Source of the DNA: Ramazzottius varieornatus
Taxonomy: Eukaryota > Animalia > Tardigrada
Assembly: GCA_001949185.1 (NCBI GenBank)
Contig: BDGG01000005.1
Location: 372,001 to 436,000 of the forward strand
DNA: 64,000 bases
Direction of reading: 5' to 3'
Shown: positions 29,164 through 41,864 of the stretch, one piece after another
How the letters are laid out: each line of letters starts with the position of its first letter
Numbering within the stretch: position 1 is the stretch's first letter
The notes under the pieces: generated by a model
Seen by the model: the letters and a program-made list of their open reading frames with translations, nothing else
The model's database searches: none
Told to the model about the DNA's origin: nothing
Translations under genes and position numbers: made by a program

Positions 29164-30040
29164 TTAAGCGCTGTCTTTAGCAATGGCAGCTTTCAGGCGA
29201 GGGTAGGTGTCGGCCATGGTCGAAGGGATGGCAGACTCCACGAGGGACTGAGGAAGCATTCCGCCAAGGTCGCTGTGGACATACTGAACGAAGCGAGTCT
29301 CGTTCGGCTTGCTTTCCACCGCATAGCAAAATAGTGAGTTCGGATGGTTGAATCCGCGAACGAACCCTTTGGTCTCTGGAGCGTCAGGATGCTCTACACT
29401 GATGGAAGCTGTGAAGATGCGGTTGGGTTCCCGAGTGACTGTCACAAGGTCCACGAACTCGCGAGCGCTGATCAGTCCCAAGCAGACCGGGTTCGTGGTT
29501 GATCGGATGATGTCCAGGTGCTGTGGATCGAACAGAAAAGGAAACCCAAGCTTAAGTGATGAATCCAGCTCCACCTCAAGGTGTGCAGGAACGAGGCTTA
29601 CCGGTGCAGGCTTAGCCAGCACTTTGGAGCTGGAGATCGAGGTGTCCCATTCCTTTCTTCGTGGCTTCTCGACGCCTGGATATACGAAAGTGAAAACCGT
29701 CTCGGAGGACGCCGGAATGTTTCCTTCGGATTTGTACCTGCCGGATGGCAGATTCAGAAACGGCATTGGCAATATGGACTAGATAAATATGTGATGCCCA
29801 TCGTGCAGCACAGTACCTACAGGTTTCCCTTGAAGTCTTCCGAAGGCCTTGAATAAACGACGCAGTCACTCTGCAAAATCATGGTACATGCATACTCTAC
29901 AGTCCAAGGGCAGCATGAAATCGCAAAACCCCGAACGCTCTTATACTTACCGTTTCTTTAACTTTCTTCCAGCCGCTATCTAGCGCGTCAAAAGATAGGA
30001 CACGCTGAACTATCTCACTAGCCTTCGTGGTGTAGTCCAT
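29164..30040 (-). CDS. START-domain lipid-transfer protein, STARD4/5/6 subfamily, 4 exons
   Basis: GWKKVK, YSRPSEDFKGNLYKSEG, RKEWD, LISAREFVD, FVRGFNHP and SDLGGMLPQSLVESAIP; START domain only. Confidence 0.85.
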
Positions 30041-31778
30041 CTCGCCGGTCGAAGATCTTCAACCCCAAAAAGACAGCACGATAACGTCACCACTTGATAT
30101 CCACAAGCCAGCTATTTTTTTGGAACCACAGTATTATAGATTCCGCAGTTTTGAAGCAGATGGAGGTTCGTTGTAAACGACAATAAGATGGGTTGCATTC
30201 GAAAGGGAACAGGATATCGCCGTTCTGGCTGTCTTGGCTACTTAGCTATAGCGGCTCAGACGCGCGTCTACTGTGACTGAATTTGCTGACGATTTTTCCT
30301 GGTAAATCACGCGTTTGTCGCCGTCTACCAACTTGCCATGCACGATAGCGATGTAGGGCGGAATGCACGTTTGTAGACCTGACGTTTGACGGCACTTCAA
30401 ACCGGTTACAGAGGTTTCGAGTCAACTGTCTGGTCTACATACATATCGTGACAAACGAAGCTGAAAGTCTTCCTTGTCGACAAACTGAAGAGTGAAGACA
30501 TCAAGTATGTGGGTGCAGTTCTACTCTGATGGACACAGACATAGTGGGACAATTCGGAATAACTCGGAAGAATCGTCCTGGCGATCTTATGGGCGCGACT
30601 TAAACAGCAGGACCTTTGGAACAGGGAAGTCGGTCACACCTCATCAGCTCATCAGTCGAAAATCAAGACGTTTCCTAGTTCCCACATGACTGGGAACGAA
30701 TGTTGCGTAATCGTGAAATTATGACCTATACGGGGCTGTAAATCAGATCTCTGATCATATCCAACCAACTTCAGAAGGCTGCAAACTTCCCAACTTTGCA
30801 GGCCGAAGCTCTACGACTTTTTTTCACGCTAGGAACAGCGGAAAACGACTGCCGTATCATATAGGTGAGTCATTTTAGGACCAGGCCACCACGTACGTAC
30901 ATCAGCACGCACCGATTGCACTCACGTTAAAATACCGACACAAAGCATACAGTGGACGACAAAATAAAACGTTAAAAACGGGTGTTCGGAGCTAGATGGT
31001 TAAAGCCAATGAAGTTTGCGCATACAGCAAAACTTAATCTTCATTGGCTGAGTCGCAAGTAAGCTCAGCTGGAGTGTTACGCCCGTTTTTAACGGTTAAT
31101 TTTGTCGCATACTGTATGACGATTGTCATAATATCATCATTCATCAGGCTTCGTAAAAACAAAAAAGCACAACGCCACAAAACTCTAACAATTAAGGTTC
31201 TTCCGAACTTGCCATCTTTTGCAGTCTTGCTGGCTCAATGCAAATACTGGACCTACTGGTTTCACTGGATTGAGACGGCGCGGGAAGAAGATCCGGACCT
31301 GCAAGCTCCAGCCTCCGCACTTCGTCGAGAAGTCGGCAGCAACGTCGACACAGCGAGTTGATGTCCATCAGCAGCTAACGCTCTCGGCGGTCTTCATTGA
31401 TATCTGCCATTATTATCTGGAAATTTCCCGTCCATCGGACGTCGCTGCATCGACAGAACAAGAGGACTTAGTATAGGTCTTCATCGAAGAGGTAAGCCCG
31501 AACGCTCGCTTCATTGCTTCCAATTAATTGCCGCACGTATATAACGGACACTTGACAGCTTTTTCCTTTCAAGCGCGTGATCAGAAATCATCAGTAACTG
31601 CCTGGTTGATCAAACACAGTCATGAACAGTGTCTGTTCTCGACGACGCTACTATCGCCACTAACGGCAAAGGACTGTTGGACTAACTAGACTTTGAAGTA
31701 AATATTTGCGTAAGCTGATAAGCAACAAAACGATTGAAAGAATTCCCAATCGTTATTTCTGTTTCCAGGTTTTCGAAA

Positions 31779-34700
31779 ATGGACTACTTCAGCGCTTCCA
31801 GCTCGAGCAAAGGCGTCACTCCTGACCGGACGAGCACGCCGTCCACCGAGAGGAGGATGGATTTTTACAGCGATTTCGACTCGCAGTCACATCGGACGGT
31901 GGAACTTGACCAGTCTTCGACGGCGCTGCAAGCTCTGCAGAAACTCTTCTCCGACGAAGAAATCCGTAGTGGACATTGTGGGTACTGGGCGATCTTTGAG
32001 CATCGACGCTGGGCAGCCATGTATCGCATTGTCGAAGATCACGAAACGTTGACGCACATCACCGACTCGTGGCTGCACGAAGATGAAGGCCAACAAAACC
32101 GGTTCGTGCTCAAGAAAGATTACTGCAAATATGAAGTTTACCGGAATCCCAAGGTGAGACTGGAGCTCATAAAAAATTCATGTAAAATTCCGAAAATATT
32201 CTCCTGGCTGAAACAGTCTACAGAAAAGTAATTTCGCCGCTAACTAACAACTCGGCATGACTGTTTTCCCAAGTGGCGCACGTTTTAAGTGGAATTAGCT
32301 AAAGAGGTGCGCCACTTCGTAGAACGATCTGGGGTTTGCGTGCCAAGGTCCACAAAATTAGCCAGTAACGATAGTAAAGTATTTTGCATGATATAGGTAG
32401 GCTGAGAAAATTGAATACAGCGTCGAATGAAAACTGGAGAATATTTAAATGGTCAAGCAAAACAATTGCATAGAATATGGATAAGCGAATGAACACGGAA
32501 ACCAGTCTGAGTGATCAGCTGTAATCTGCAATTCTGCATAAGCCCTTGAAAAACCTGTTGCGTGCATCTGTTGGCATTGTCACGCAAAGGGCTCGACATT
32601 TACTGGTACAAGTCGCCATCCACCCTTGGAACTTTGAACGTGGGTTTTCGTGATGGCGATTGGGTGGATCTTGTTTCCAGCTGTTGGGCTTTCACGATCC
32701 GCTGACTTGACTAATGGGTCCTTTCACTCCTTCCTTGTCTCTCTTTGTAGCAATTCTTTCCTGAAGACATGCTCAACTTGTCTAGCGAGAAGTTCCGCTC
32801 GTTGGCTGGGGAACATCCCTCGGCACAGAACAGCTTCCTCCGGGTAATGCATCATCGTCATCTGTCAGTCTCTTTATAGCCTCGTTTGCCATCGTGGTAT
32901 GAGATTTAAAAGCTGCAGTCGCCTTTGGGACCCTTTCACCATAATCTCATTTCTTCTGTTGTGCATTCAGAATCTGATCTTGTCCACAAACTGGCATCCC
33001 GAAGTGGAGGGTTCGCTGTACTTCCGGGACAAAGCGCTGTTCCACTCGCCCACCTGGAAGAAGTTATACTTCGTACTGCGACCTTCCGGCCTGTATTCAT
33101 CGAAACATGAATCGAAGGTAACACTCATAGCTTTCGGCGTCGGTGGGAATGGGCCGGGTTTAGTGTGCCGTTGGCGACTGTTAACCCAAAGCTATCGTTA
33201 ACCTTACGAGCACACATTTTATAGCCCGGTGTTACTCTTGTTTTACCTGTGGCTTCGCAGTATCCGGTCGGCAGTTGATGATCTTTATGTCATCGGTTGC
33301 AGGATCCCAAGCACATGTCGCTTATCTGCTCACTGGAACACCTCAATGTATACCAGCATCAGAACGGAAAGAAGCTAGGCGCGCCGACAGAGTATGTCAT
33401 TTGCCTTTCGGTAAGCGTTTCACACTTGGGAACAAACTCGACAGGCTTTTCTCGAGTGGCGCACGGTTTCAGCCAGTAACACTGAGGAGGTGCGCCACTT
33501 GGGAGAACAACTCTTATCGAGCTTGCTTTTAACGAATTCTACACTACATCAATCTCATCGGTTTATTTTGGGTCCTCAGGGTTTGCTGGATGATAAGCAG
33601 CATAACACGTTTCTAAGTTGCGAAAGCGAAGAAATGTGCCGAAACTGGATCGTGGCACTTCGCCTACAGAAGGTACGACGTCACTTTGGGTTTGCACGAT
33701 GGTGACGATGATTGAATCATGACTTGTTTTGAGTTCTGTGGGCGTGTGATCAAAACGAGGCTGTAAATTTTTCTTTCCCCATTTCTTCTCTAGTTCGGCA
33801 AGCAGTTAAAAGATAATTATCAGTCTGCGGCTCAAGCTGACCTAATGCTCAACACGACGGATAACATCAAGGTGAGTGAGTAGGTGGATGGGTGCGGACG
33901 TACTTTGCTTGATCAAAGTGCATGTATATCTGAAGGAAATCGAGATCTATCGTAATCGTCGATGATTAGAGGTGATTTCTTTCTGCTTGAAGGATCTGGC
34001 TCTTCAGGAGAAGCTGAAAGCCAGAGTAGCCATGGACTTTTCCGGTGACTGCGGGCGGCTAGTGGAAGATCAGAAAGGAGCCATTGAGGCGCTGGTTACT
34101 GAGGTCCAGGGTTGGAAGGTGAGTTACGTGATAGTTATAATTGACGCCTTGTGGCGTCCAGGCACTTGCACGCTGGTCGATTCGCATGGCTGAACAGGGC
34201 TGCAAAGAGAATGACAGGGGACAAAAGAGCAAAAGTATCCTCTGTCGGTACATAAATTTAGCCGGAACCAATTGCCGTGGCTGTTTTAGACCACATACAG
34301 AAACAGGGTTAGAAGTAGGCACAAAAGGTTAGCCTAATCGACCTGATCATCCCTGATGAAGTGGGATTCCTTTCGCTGACTAAATGTTTTCTGTAAGATG
34401 AAGAATTTACTAGTTGTGACGGAATGAATTTTTCGCATAATTTTTTTTGTTCAACTAAGGAATGCATTGAAGATGCTGAGTATAATCAAAGAATCTGGAT
34501 AAAAGTTTAGTGGTAATATTAACCACCAGTGAATGTAAAACAATTGAATTTCAATGGCTATTTTGCCTTGCAGAAACGAAGGACGGGTCGCGGACATTCC
34601 TCGTCTGATTCCACTTCGCCAAGCTTGCCCTTGCATCTTGCCCAGCCGTGGTTTCACGCGGCACTTTCCAGGGATGAAGCCACTCGACTATTAGCTGAGC

Positions 34701-35408
34701 GAGGACTTGTTGACGGGTAAGACCATGTGCATCGCTGTGTTGAGAGTATGGTAGTGTGGGCGTCTTGCCAAAAGGTTTCGAGGGTTAGACTGTTCTTAGT
34801 ACCGATGAGTGATTGACATCAGCTTACAAGTCTCAAGGTCGCATGCTGGAAAACCGGACTACAGAAGCCTAACTTGTTGGTATCCATTTGTCTAGCTGGC
34901 TCTTGATTATGTAACTAGCCGTATGACGTCCTTCAGATCCTTGAGGATACCAGCTGGCAGCTGCCATACAGATTAGACTATAGACTATAAATCAGATTTT
35001 TTTCTAAATTTATGGAAAGGGGTCTGTCTTGATCGTTTTCAACAGTGAAACTCTTTTCCGAATTTTCTGAATATCATCTGTTGATTCCGAATTTTGCAGG
35101 GTTTTTCTGATACGAAAAAGTCGGAGCCAACCACGGACTTCGGTGCTTTCCGTTGCTCATTCTGGCAAAGTCAGACACTACCACATTACCAGAGTAACGA
35201 TTGAAGATAACCAAGTGTGTCTGACGCTGGATGGTGGAAAGACCAAATTCGCAGGTAGACTGGAATCAAAGTGACCATAAGGCAAGCATAACGATGGTGT
35301 TTGCTCGTAGACCTGATGCAGCTGGTGGAGTTTTACCACCTGAATACGGGAAGTCTCTGCTGCAAGCTGACGTACCCAGCCAAGATATCCGACAGCCCCA
35401 ACAGATAG
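31779..35408 (+). CDS. GRB7/10/14-family adaptor (RA-PH-BPS-SH2), about 11 exons
   Basis: RA domain (WAIFEH..RIVEDHE..KYEVYRNP), PH domain (PEVEGSL..WKKLYFVLRPSGLY..WIVALRLQK), BPS (RVAMDFSGDCGRLVE) and SH2 (QPWFH..SRDEA..GLVDGVFLIRKS..LDGGKTKF..QLVEFY). Start codon tentative. Confidence 0.88.
32251..32344 (-). mobile_element. Fold-back element, copy 3, GRB intron
   Basis: ttcccAAGTGGCGCAC...GTGCGCCACTTcgtagaacgatc. Confidence 0.8.
33432..33521 (+). mobile_element. Fold-back element, copy 4, GRB intron
   Basis: ctcgaca..ttctcgAGTGGCGCAC-cagccagtaacactga-GTGCGCCACTTgggagaac..tcgag. Confidence 0.8.
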
Positions 35409-36054
35409 CCACAAAGTGCCTCAAGGCATAAACTGGGTATAGCACTGGGTGAGGCTGAGTGAGTGCAGCGCGGGCGCTGTTCCAAGTACCTGCCGAAGTC
35501 TCGCGTACATCTTCCGTGTAAATACATGTACAATGAAATCTCGGAAAGCATTCTCGGTGCGGGAAATTTGTGAAGACTACTTTGTTGCTTTCCTTTTTAG
35601 CCATTTACTGCCAGTTTTCGTCCTCTTTAGTCGACCCGTTTGTGCGGGAATTTTTACAAGACTGGTTTGGCCGAGAAGCTCTTTTGATATAGACCGTTCA
35701 GACTGGTTGATCCGGAGTAGGCGCACAACAGCATTACGACCATTTGTCTGTTACGGCTGTTTTTTGTGTTAGCATTGCATGACGTTGGCGGACAGGAAAC
35801 TGAAAGTTGAATTCACAGTACGCACTAAAACTTCAACTGCCTGAAAAAATGGATCCACAAAACGAGAAAACAATGTATGATGCGTTGCGAAGTGCGATAT
35901 AAAATCGAAACAGTCGTTTGTCGATACCTTTTGGCAAGTACAGAACGTGACAGATTACGGAAGAGATCTGATTGGGAAGGGGCTTGAGGAACTGCACAGC
36001 GAAGAGCTGGTCTGTGCGCGGTGTTGGAGACGATGGGTCTGTTCCTCAAGAGAT

Positions 36055-38348
36055 TCAACTCTCCAGGAGCTGCACGCCCTCTGCCATCACCTGACGAAGC
36101 GTAGCTACAATCTCGGCTAGGTCGCTGAGACTTGCGTAGGCCAGTATACCGCCTTCATTCAGCCAGCAGTCTGTAGCGTCGCGGTCCTACATAACCGCGT
36201 GAAACTACTTTGTTTCTTGGATCTCAGATACATCGCTTAGTAAGTCAGAGATAGAAACTTAGGAAGTAACTGATGAGAAATAAAGAGAGCAGCGTACCGG
36301 GTCGTCGGGATGTAAATACTGCAGCTCGTACTTCCGGTTGTTCTGGACAGAATGCAAGTCGAAGTTGACCAGGGCTTTCGCCAGGTCGCAGCATCCACCA
36401 CCGACGGACCTAAACAGGACTTTGAAAGTATTTCAAATTGCACAAGGATGAGTCTACTTGGAAAATCTTGAGATATTGGGAAGGGATGTGTGCCTTACCG
36501 AAGGATCGCATGTGGCGCGCAAGAGTCCCACTTGAACGTGGTGGCTCGACTCAAGACATACGAGTCCGCCAGTCCAAGAAGGAGAGACAAAAACTTGTAT
36601 CCTGCGCCAGCAGCGTAAATTGTTGTGAAGCGCTCGTCGAGGGCCTCCTTTAACTCATTGGTCTCACTGGGACTCAAGATTACTACGGGAGCTTTGCCAG
36701 TTCCCAGTGGTCGTTCGCAACGGATTTGCGAGTTCACATTCACGCCATGGTACGATATCCCCCAGACGCACCGACTCTGCCACCTGTAATTAACCTCGTG
36801 TATACGATACAGTAGCTAACTTTGCGAGTAGAACCGAGACTTCAGACGAACAAACTTAGCAAAATCAGCTTTGAAGTGGCGCACTCTTCCGGCCAATAAT
36901 ACCGACAACGTGCGCCACTTGGGAACAATCGTATTAAATATGTTTACGGGGTTTCCGGTTGCCGGTGAGTAACTGTTGCTATCTTACTTTTTGGTATGTT
37001 CGTCCATATGATAGAACGGCTGGTTAATGACTCCAGCTACTGGTTCTCCAGTCTTCAAATCGAAGACCCCAATTAGTATGGTCACGCAGTGGATCCCCGA
37101 CAAGAAGACGCCGTGGGAAGGAGGCCGAGCAGTCGCGGAACCGGCGTTGATGTACTCGGATGTGGCATCTGAAAGCGATAATAAAAACAACATTATTTCT
37201 ACCATAAAAAATATTGACAATGATTTGGTTTTTCCGTGACTTTACCCAAGGGATCCACCCACACTCCAAAGCGGTCTTCAGGCAGCTGCAGATTAATGGA
37301 TTTGGCCTTATCTAGCTCGATACCACTTAGGTCGGGATCGTCGTAAACAGCCTTTGTGATTTCTACAGCTGCGGCCTCGTCTCCTCCAAGCACCCCGCGG
37401 AAGAGGTCTTTCATCAAGCTGGCATTTGGAACAATCTGCAGGGAACAGAGCACGTTCACTCTTGGGCTACTTGAACCTTTTGTTAAAAGGAAATGCCAAG
37501 AACGTGGAGAAATACGTGCCTGTAAACTGAGAAATTTCCCACTCTTTGCCGTGAAACCGTATGTCTCTTCTCCGCGGACCTGCGCTCCCAGATATGGAAA
37601 CTGCAACGAAAAAAACAATTTCAACACGGTATTAAATAAGGTGACCCTGGGCGGCACGTTTTCACAGAGCGGTAAGCATTCGAATGAAAACGGCTGGATA
37701 ATTCGTAAAAGTCCCCAGAAGAAAATTCGAGGAACCATTGCTCCTTCACAGTATGGTATCTACAGTATGTGCGACACGTGCTCAACAACAGAAGATGAAC
37801 TGGAGCGCTTCCTGGTGCTCGTGCATTCATAAAAGCGACAAATGTCAGTCAGATTTTTTTTGTTATGGAGCAAAGCGGAAATAATGTCCCTGCATGTTCG
37901 CATAACTTGATCTAAGGCGGGCGCTATATTACTGCATGGCTCTCTGACCAAATTTTATGCCGGCATCAGTAAAAGCCCATTACGTACCTCCCTTCCCAGA
38001 AAATATCGAATGGTTTCCTGCGAATTTTTGTCAGTCATCAATGATAACATTGCAAAATATCAAATGTGAGATCAAGTATTTCTCACCTGTATTGTCACGT
38101 CCGCTAAAGTTTTGAAGTCGGATTTCTTACGGCGAGTATCGAAGTCTTTTTCTGGAATAAAATCTAACGGTATGTAATGCAAAGTACGCAGAGGGCATAT
38201 TACAACGCGTTATGCTAGCAAATGTGGAGAGTTTAATACCTTGAATCAGACTTTCGAAAAGCTCAGAATGACTTCGGACCACTCGCGCTACATTTGCAGC
38301 GCGTTCAGACAGGCTGATTAGCGTCTGCATGACTTTAGCAGCATCCAT
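36055..38348 (-). CDS. INPP1: Inositol polyphosphate 1-phosphatase, multi-exon
   Basis: SERAANVAR, DFKTLADVTIQETIR, GEE, GVWVDPLDATSEY, GVINQPF, AAGAGYK and TTFKWDSCAPHAILR. Confidence 0.92.
36846..36932 (+). mobile_element. Fold-back element, copy 5, INPP1 intron
   Basis: AAGTGGCGCAC-cggccaataataccga-GTGCGCCACTTgggaacaatc. Confidence 0.8.
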
Positions 38349-39802
38349 GGTCGGCCCCGTTTCCTGCTTCCTGTCCCAGATTGAATCTTGTCTTGCTCTG
38401 CGGATAGGCTGCATATCCATTGTGAAATTTTCCACAAGTCGATCCACACTGAAGCAAAACGCAGCTCGGATTAAAGCACTACATGCAATGGTTCAAGGGC
38501 TTTCAGCCGAATTCGGAAACCAATAATTATTGGTATTGCATGCACTCACATTTGAATCCAGCACAATATTTCGATCAGCCAAGCATCTGAATCCAGTTTT
38601 GTTCTGAAATCAGAAAGATTAATGTCCCCTCCGTTCAACGGAAATTATACTGGCAGGATATGCTATTTCCGCGACCGTTAGACGCACATGGTGCCGAGCT
38701 TGGTACTCCACACCACGGTGACGCATATATACTGTTCAAATAAACAGTAAAAACGGTCCCATACAGACCGTGTCTCAGCCGCAAACTCTCTCGACTGCGG
38801 CAGGTTGGGACGCTGTAGTGGAGCATCGGCAGATTGCAGAGAACCATTGAGATTAAGGGAGATCGATGGTATAATATACGCTTAGGCAAGTACTCGCTGG
38901 TTGCACGCAACATCCCAACTAGTCAGAGACGGGCACAAGCGTATCATACCCATCGTGATTCGTTTCCACGGCCTGCGCGGGAAGGATCCTCGGTGAGGGC
39001 GGAAGCATTACTTTCCCTCTTGATACCCGGCACGCGCCATCAGCTTGTGCGGGAGCTGGCCCTCGAGGTACTGTATTTGAGTCCGATTCGCTTCAAGTGA
39101 CTACCCGGGGCGAGCCTAGAAAGAAGAAAAAGGTATTGTCATATTTTAGCACATAAAGAAAAGTGATAGTTGAACTTTTCAAGCCAACTTTCAAGTGACC
39201 GTGAACCCAGTTATATCTTACTGGTTCCTGCCTGCAGCCCTTAGCTGTTGCTTGACTCAACACACTACAGCAGGAAAACTCTTCAGCACCTAGAGTCCCC
39301 GCAAAGTACTCGACTCAGATCTGAAGCTGCTTGTTCCAGAAAGGCTCACAAACTATTTCGCCTTGTTTTATGAATTCGGATCAGGTCCAACGTTCAAACA
39401 AATTTTCGTCCATCTCTGCCGGACACTGGGCGGCGGACGCCATAAACGTCGGTGTCAGCAGGCTGTTAACATCAGGCAGTTTGATCCACGCCCTTATCCT
39501 TCCGTTGCTTCACTGATAAAACTGATGCATGTGCATAAAACAACAGAGGCGCACCAGTCGCACCATTTGTTCATCGCAGAAGGGCCCGTGTGCTACCCGT
39601 GCGTGCTGAGCGAAGCGGAGTCATCTGATGACGTATTCGTACGCACATCGCCAATCAACCGATAACTTCCTGCTTTTCCGTTGATTGGAGCCTCACTCTC
39701 TTCTCCTCGCCAGTCGCCATTCCCTATTTCTCCCATTTTACTTGTTGTTGTATTGTTGTAGATTCGTCATCGACTCATTCCTTGAGAGGCAGCTGGTAAT
39801 CC

Positions 39803-40838
39803 ATGGCGGCCAATAACGGATGGGATCAAGAGCACGTCCACGATGTGGCTTCACACTACGTGAGTACGGAGCCTGCAGCTGCACTGTCTGGATCGAATGG
39901 CCTCCTGGCTACTCCGCCGCGACATTTCAGTCCTCAAGGCTTTCGTCCACGAGGTGACTTTCGCGGCAAAGATGACTGGCGTTCAAGAGGCCGTAACATG
40001 CACTCGCGTCCATATCAACCCCGTGGTCCTCCCCAGTTTCGTGGCAGTGGCGATTACCGTGGACGGCCTCCTCAGAACAACTTCTGGAATCAACGTGGCG
40101 GTGTCCCTCCTCGCGGCGGCAGTCACTATGAACAGCATCATTCCTTCAGACCTCAACGTCCCTTTAATCCTCGTGGCAGGTTCGATCGAGGCAGAAGTGG
40201 CGGAAGGGGGAATTTCAGAGTAAGCCTTTACCTCCTTATAATAACAGCCTTCTTATTGATTTATCACGGTTTATTAAGCACCAGGTGTATTAGGATCAGA
40301 GTGATTACTATATATATGACTGACTTATGCTGTTGTGTTTTTACAGCGACCTTACAATCAGCATAGCGGAGGAGGGCAGAGCGGCTTTCATCAACAGAAT
40401 GGTCAACTGCCCATATCAGCTTACTTTCACCCTTCCATGCTGGAGGATCCATGGGCAGCGCCTGAGCCTCGTCAGTGGCAGCAGCACGAAGCTCCTTCTT
40501 CTTCTTCTTCACAGCATGCAGTCGTCGAAGTCGAACCGATAGCGAGTGACGATGCGGAGCTGCAGGGCATCTTGAAGGAGATGAAGAAGGACAATGGTGA
40601 TTCCACTCCAGCAGGAGATATCGGGTCGAAAGTCCAGTTGGACGGTTCGGTTAGCGAGCCTGTAACAGCAGAAAGGGATCAAGTATCATACAGAGAAATA
40701 ACCGAAGGTGCTTCGAATCCAAAAGACAACAGTGTATCCGACGAGACAGCTATGAAAGCGGAGGATGATAACATGGAACCCCCTCAGCTCATACCACACG
40801 AAACGAACGACCCCGTTCCCCATCAAATCACCGAATGA
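39803..40838 (+). CDS. MPLKIP: MPLKIP/TTDN1-like protein, 2 exons
   Basis: Intron 40220-40346; RG/P-rich N-terminal part followed by the family signature YFHPSMLEDPWA. Confidence 0.75.
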
Positions 40839-41864
40839 TTTCACTAGCTTCAAATGCTTTTTATTCACATTATTTTCCAGCATTATCGTACGGGCGTTCT
40901 TGTGTTCCAGTTTAAGTGGATAATAATGCGGATGGGCGATTAGTTTTATTAGGCCCGATTTGAACGATCCCTTTAGTTGAGTTCGCTCTCTCAACGTTCT
41001 TTCCATCTACATCACTAAGGATACTATTCGTATACTGTCTGGGCAGCGCAAACTATCTACTGAATTCTTGTCAGCACAGAGTAAAGTTTGGCGTATGGTC
41101 GTTCTTGAAAAACTTTCAGTTCAAGATTACGGTGATAACTGTGACTGCTTCTTTTCAATTACGGTCTGTTCTTTTTCCAACGTTGTCAGTGCTATCGGTC
41201 CCAGCAATAACGAATTAGCTTCCCTATTTCAGCAAAACAATACTGGCGCGTAAACGAAACAGATACTAATTTGGAATGGGGAACCACAAAACAACCGAGA
41301 GGAAACCGACGAAGTCGGACCACGACGTGTGAGTCGGCCACCCGTAAAACAGGGTAGAAATAAGGGTTGCCGACTTCGTCTTTTTCCTCGTATTATCGAC
41401 CCATCAGATACAATCGTCGGTCAGTCCTTTGGGGCTATTTCACTAAGTATCCTTCTTTCTACCGTTTATCACATTTCGTGTTTCGCTTCTTTATAACGTG
41501 TATTTTTCTATCATTTTGTCCGTTTTATCATTTTAAATCGATCGATGCACTGACCACTGTATCTGAAGATGAGTGACTGCTGGTCTTGCCACCGACCTAA
41601 ACCTCGCTACTGCTTCCTGTTTCGGGGGACTTCGGTTCCGGGAGCTTGGAGCAAAGGCTCTCTCGTTCAAAGGTTCGGCTTTACATGAACTAAGGACTAT
41701 AAGTAATAAGCGTTGAATGTAAAATATTTCAGAAATGACAAAATGCGTTAATGAAGACCCAAGTCACGATAACGGTACTCACGCAGGTATGAAGCAAAAT
41801 GGACAGTAACAACAAGAGGATATCTACTGAGGCTGTTCCGTCGGACCAAGCTGGGGCAGGCACA

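Noticed and set aside
32590-32675. Hairpin TCGCCATC...GATGGCGA as a ninth fold-back copy
   Set aside because: It lacks the family loop and GCGCAC core; similarity is too low.
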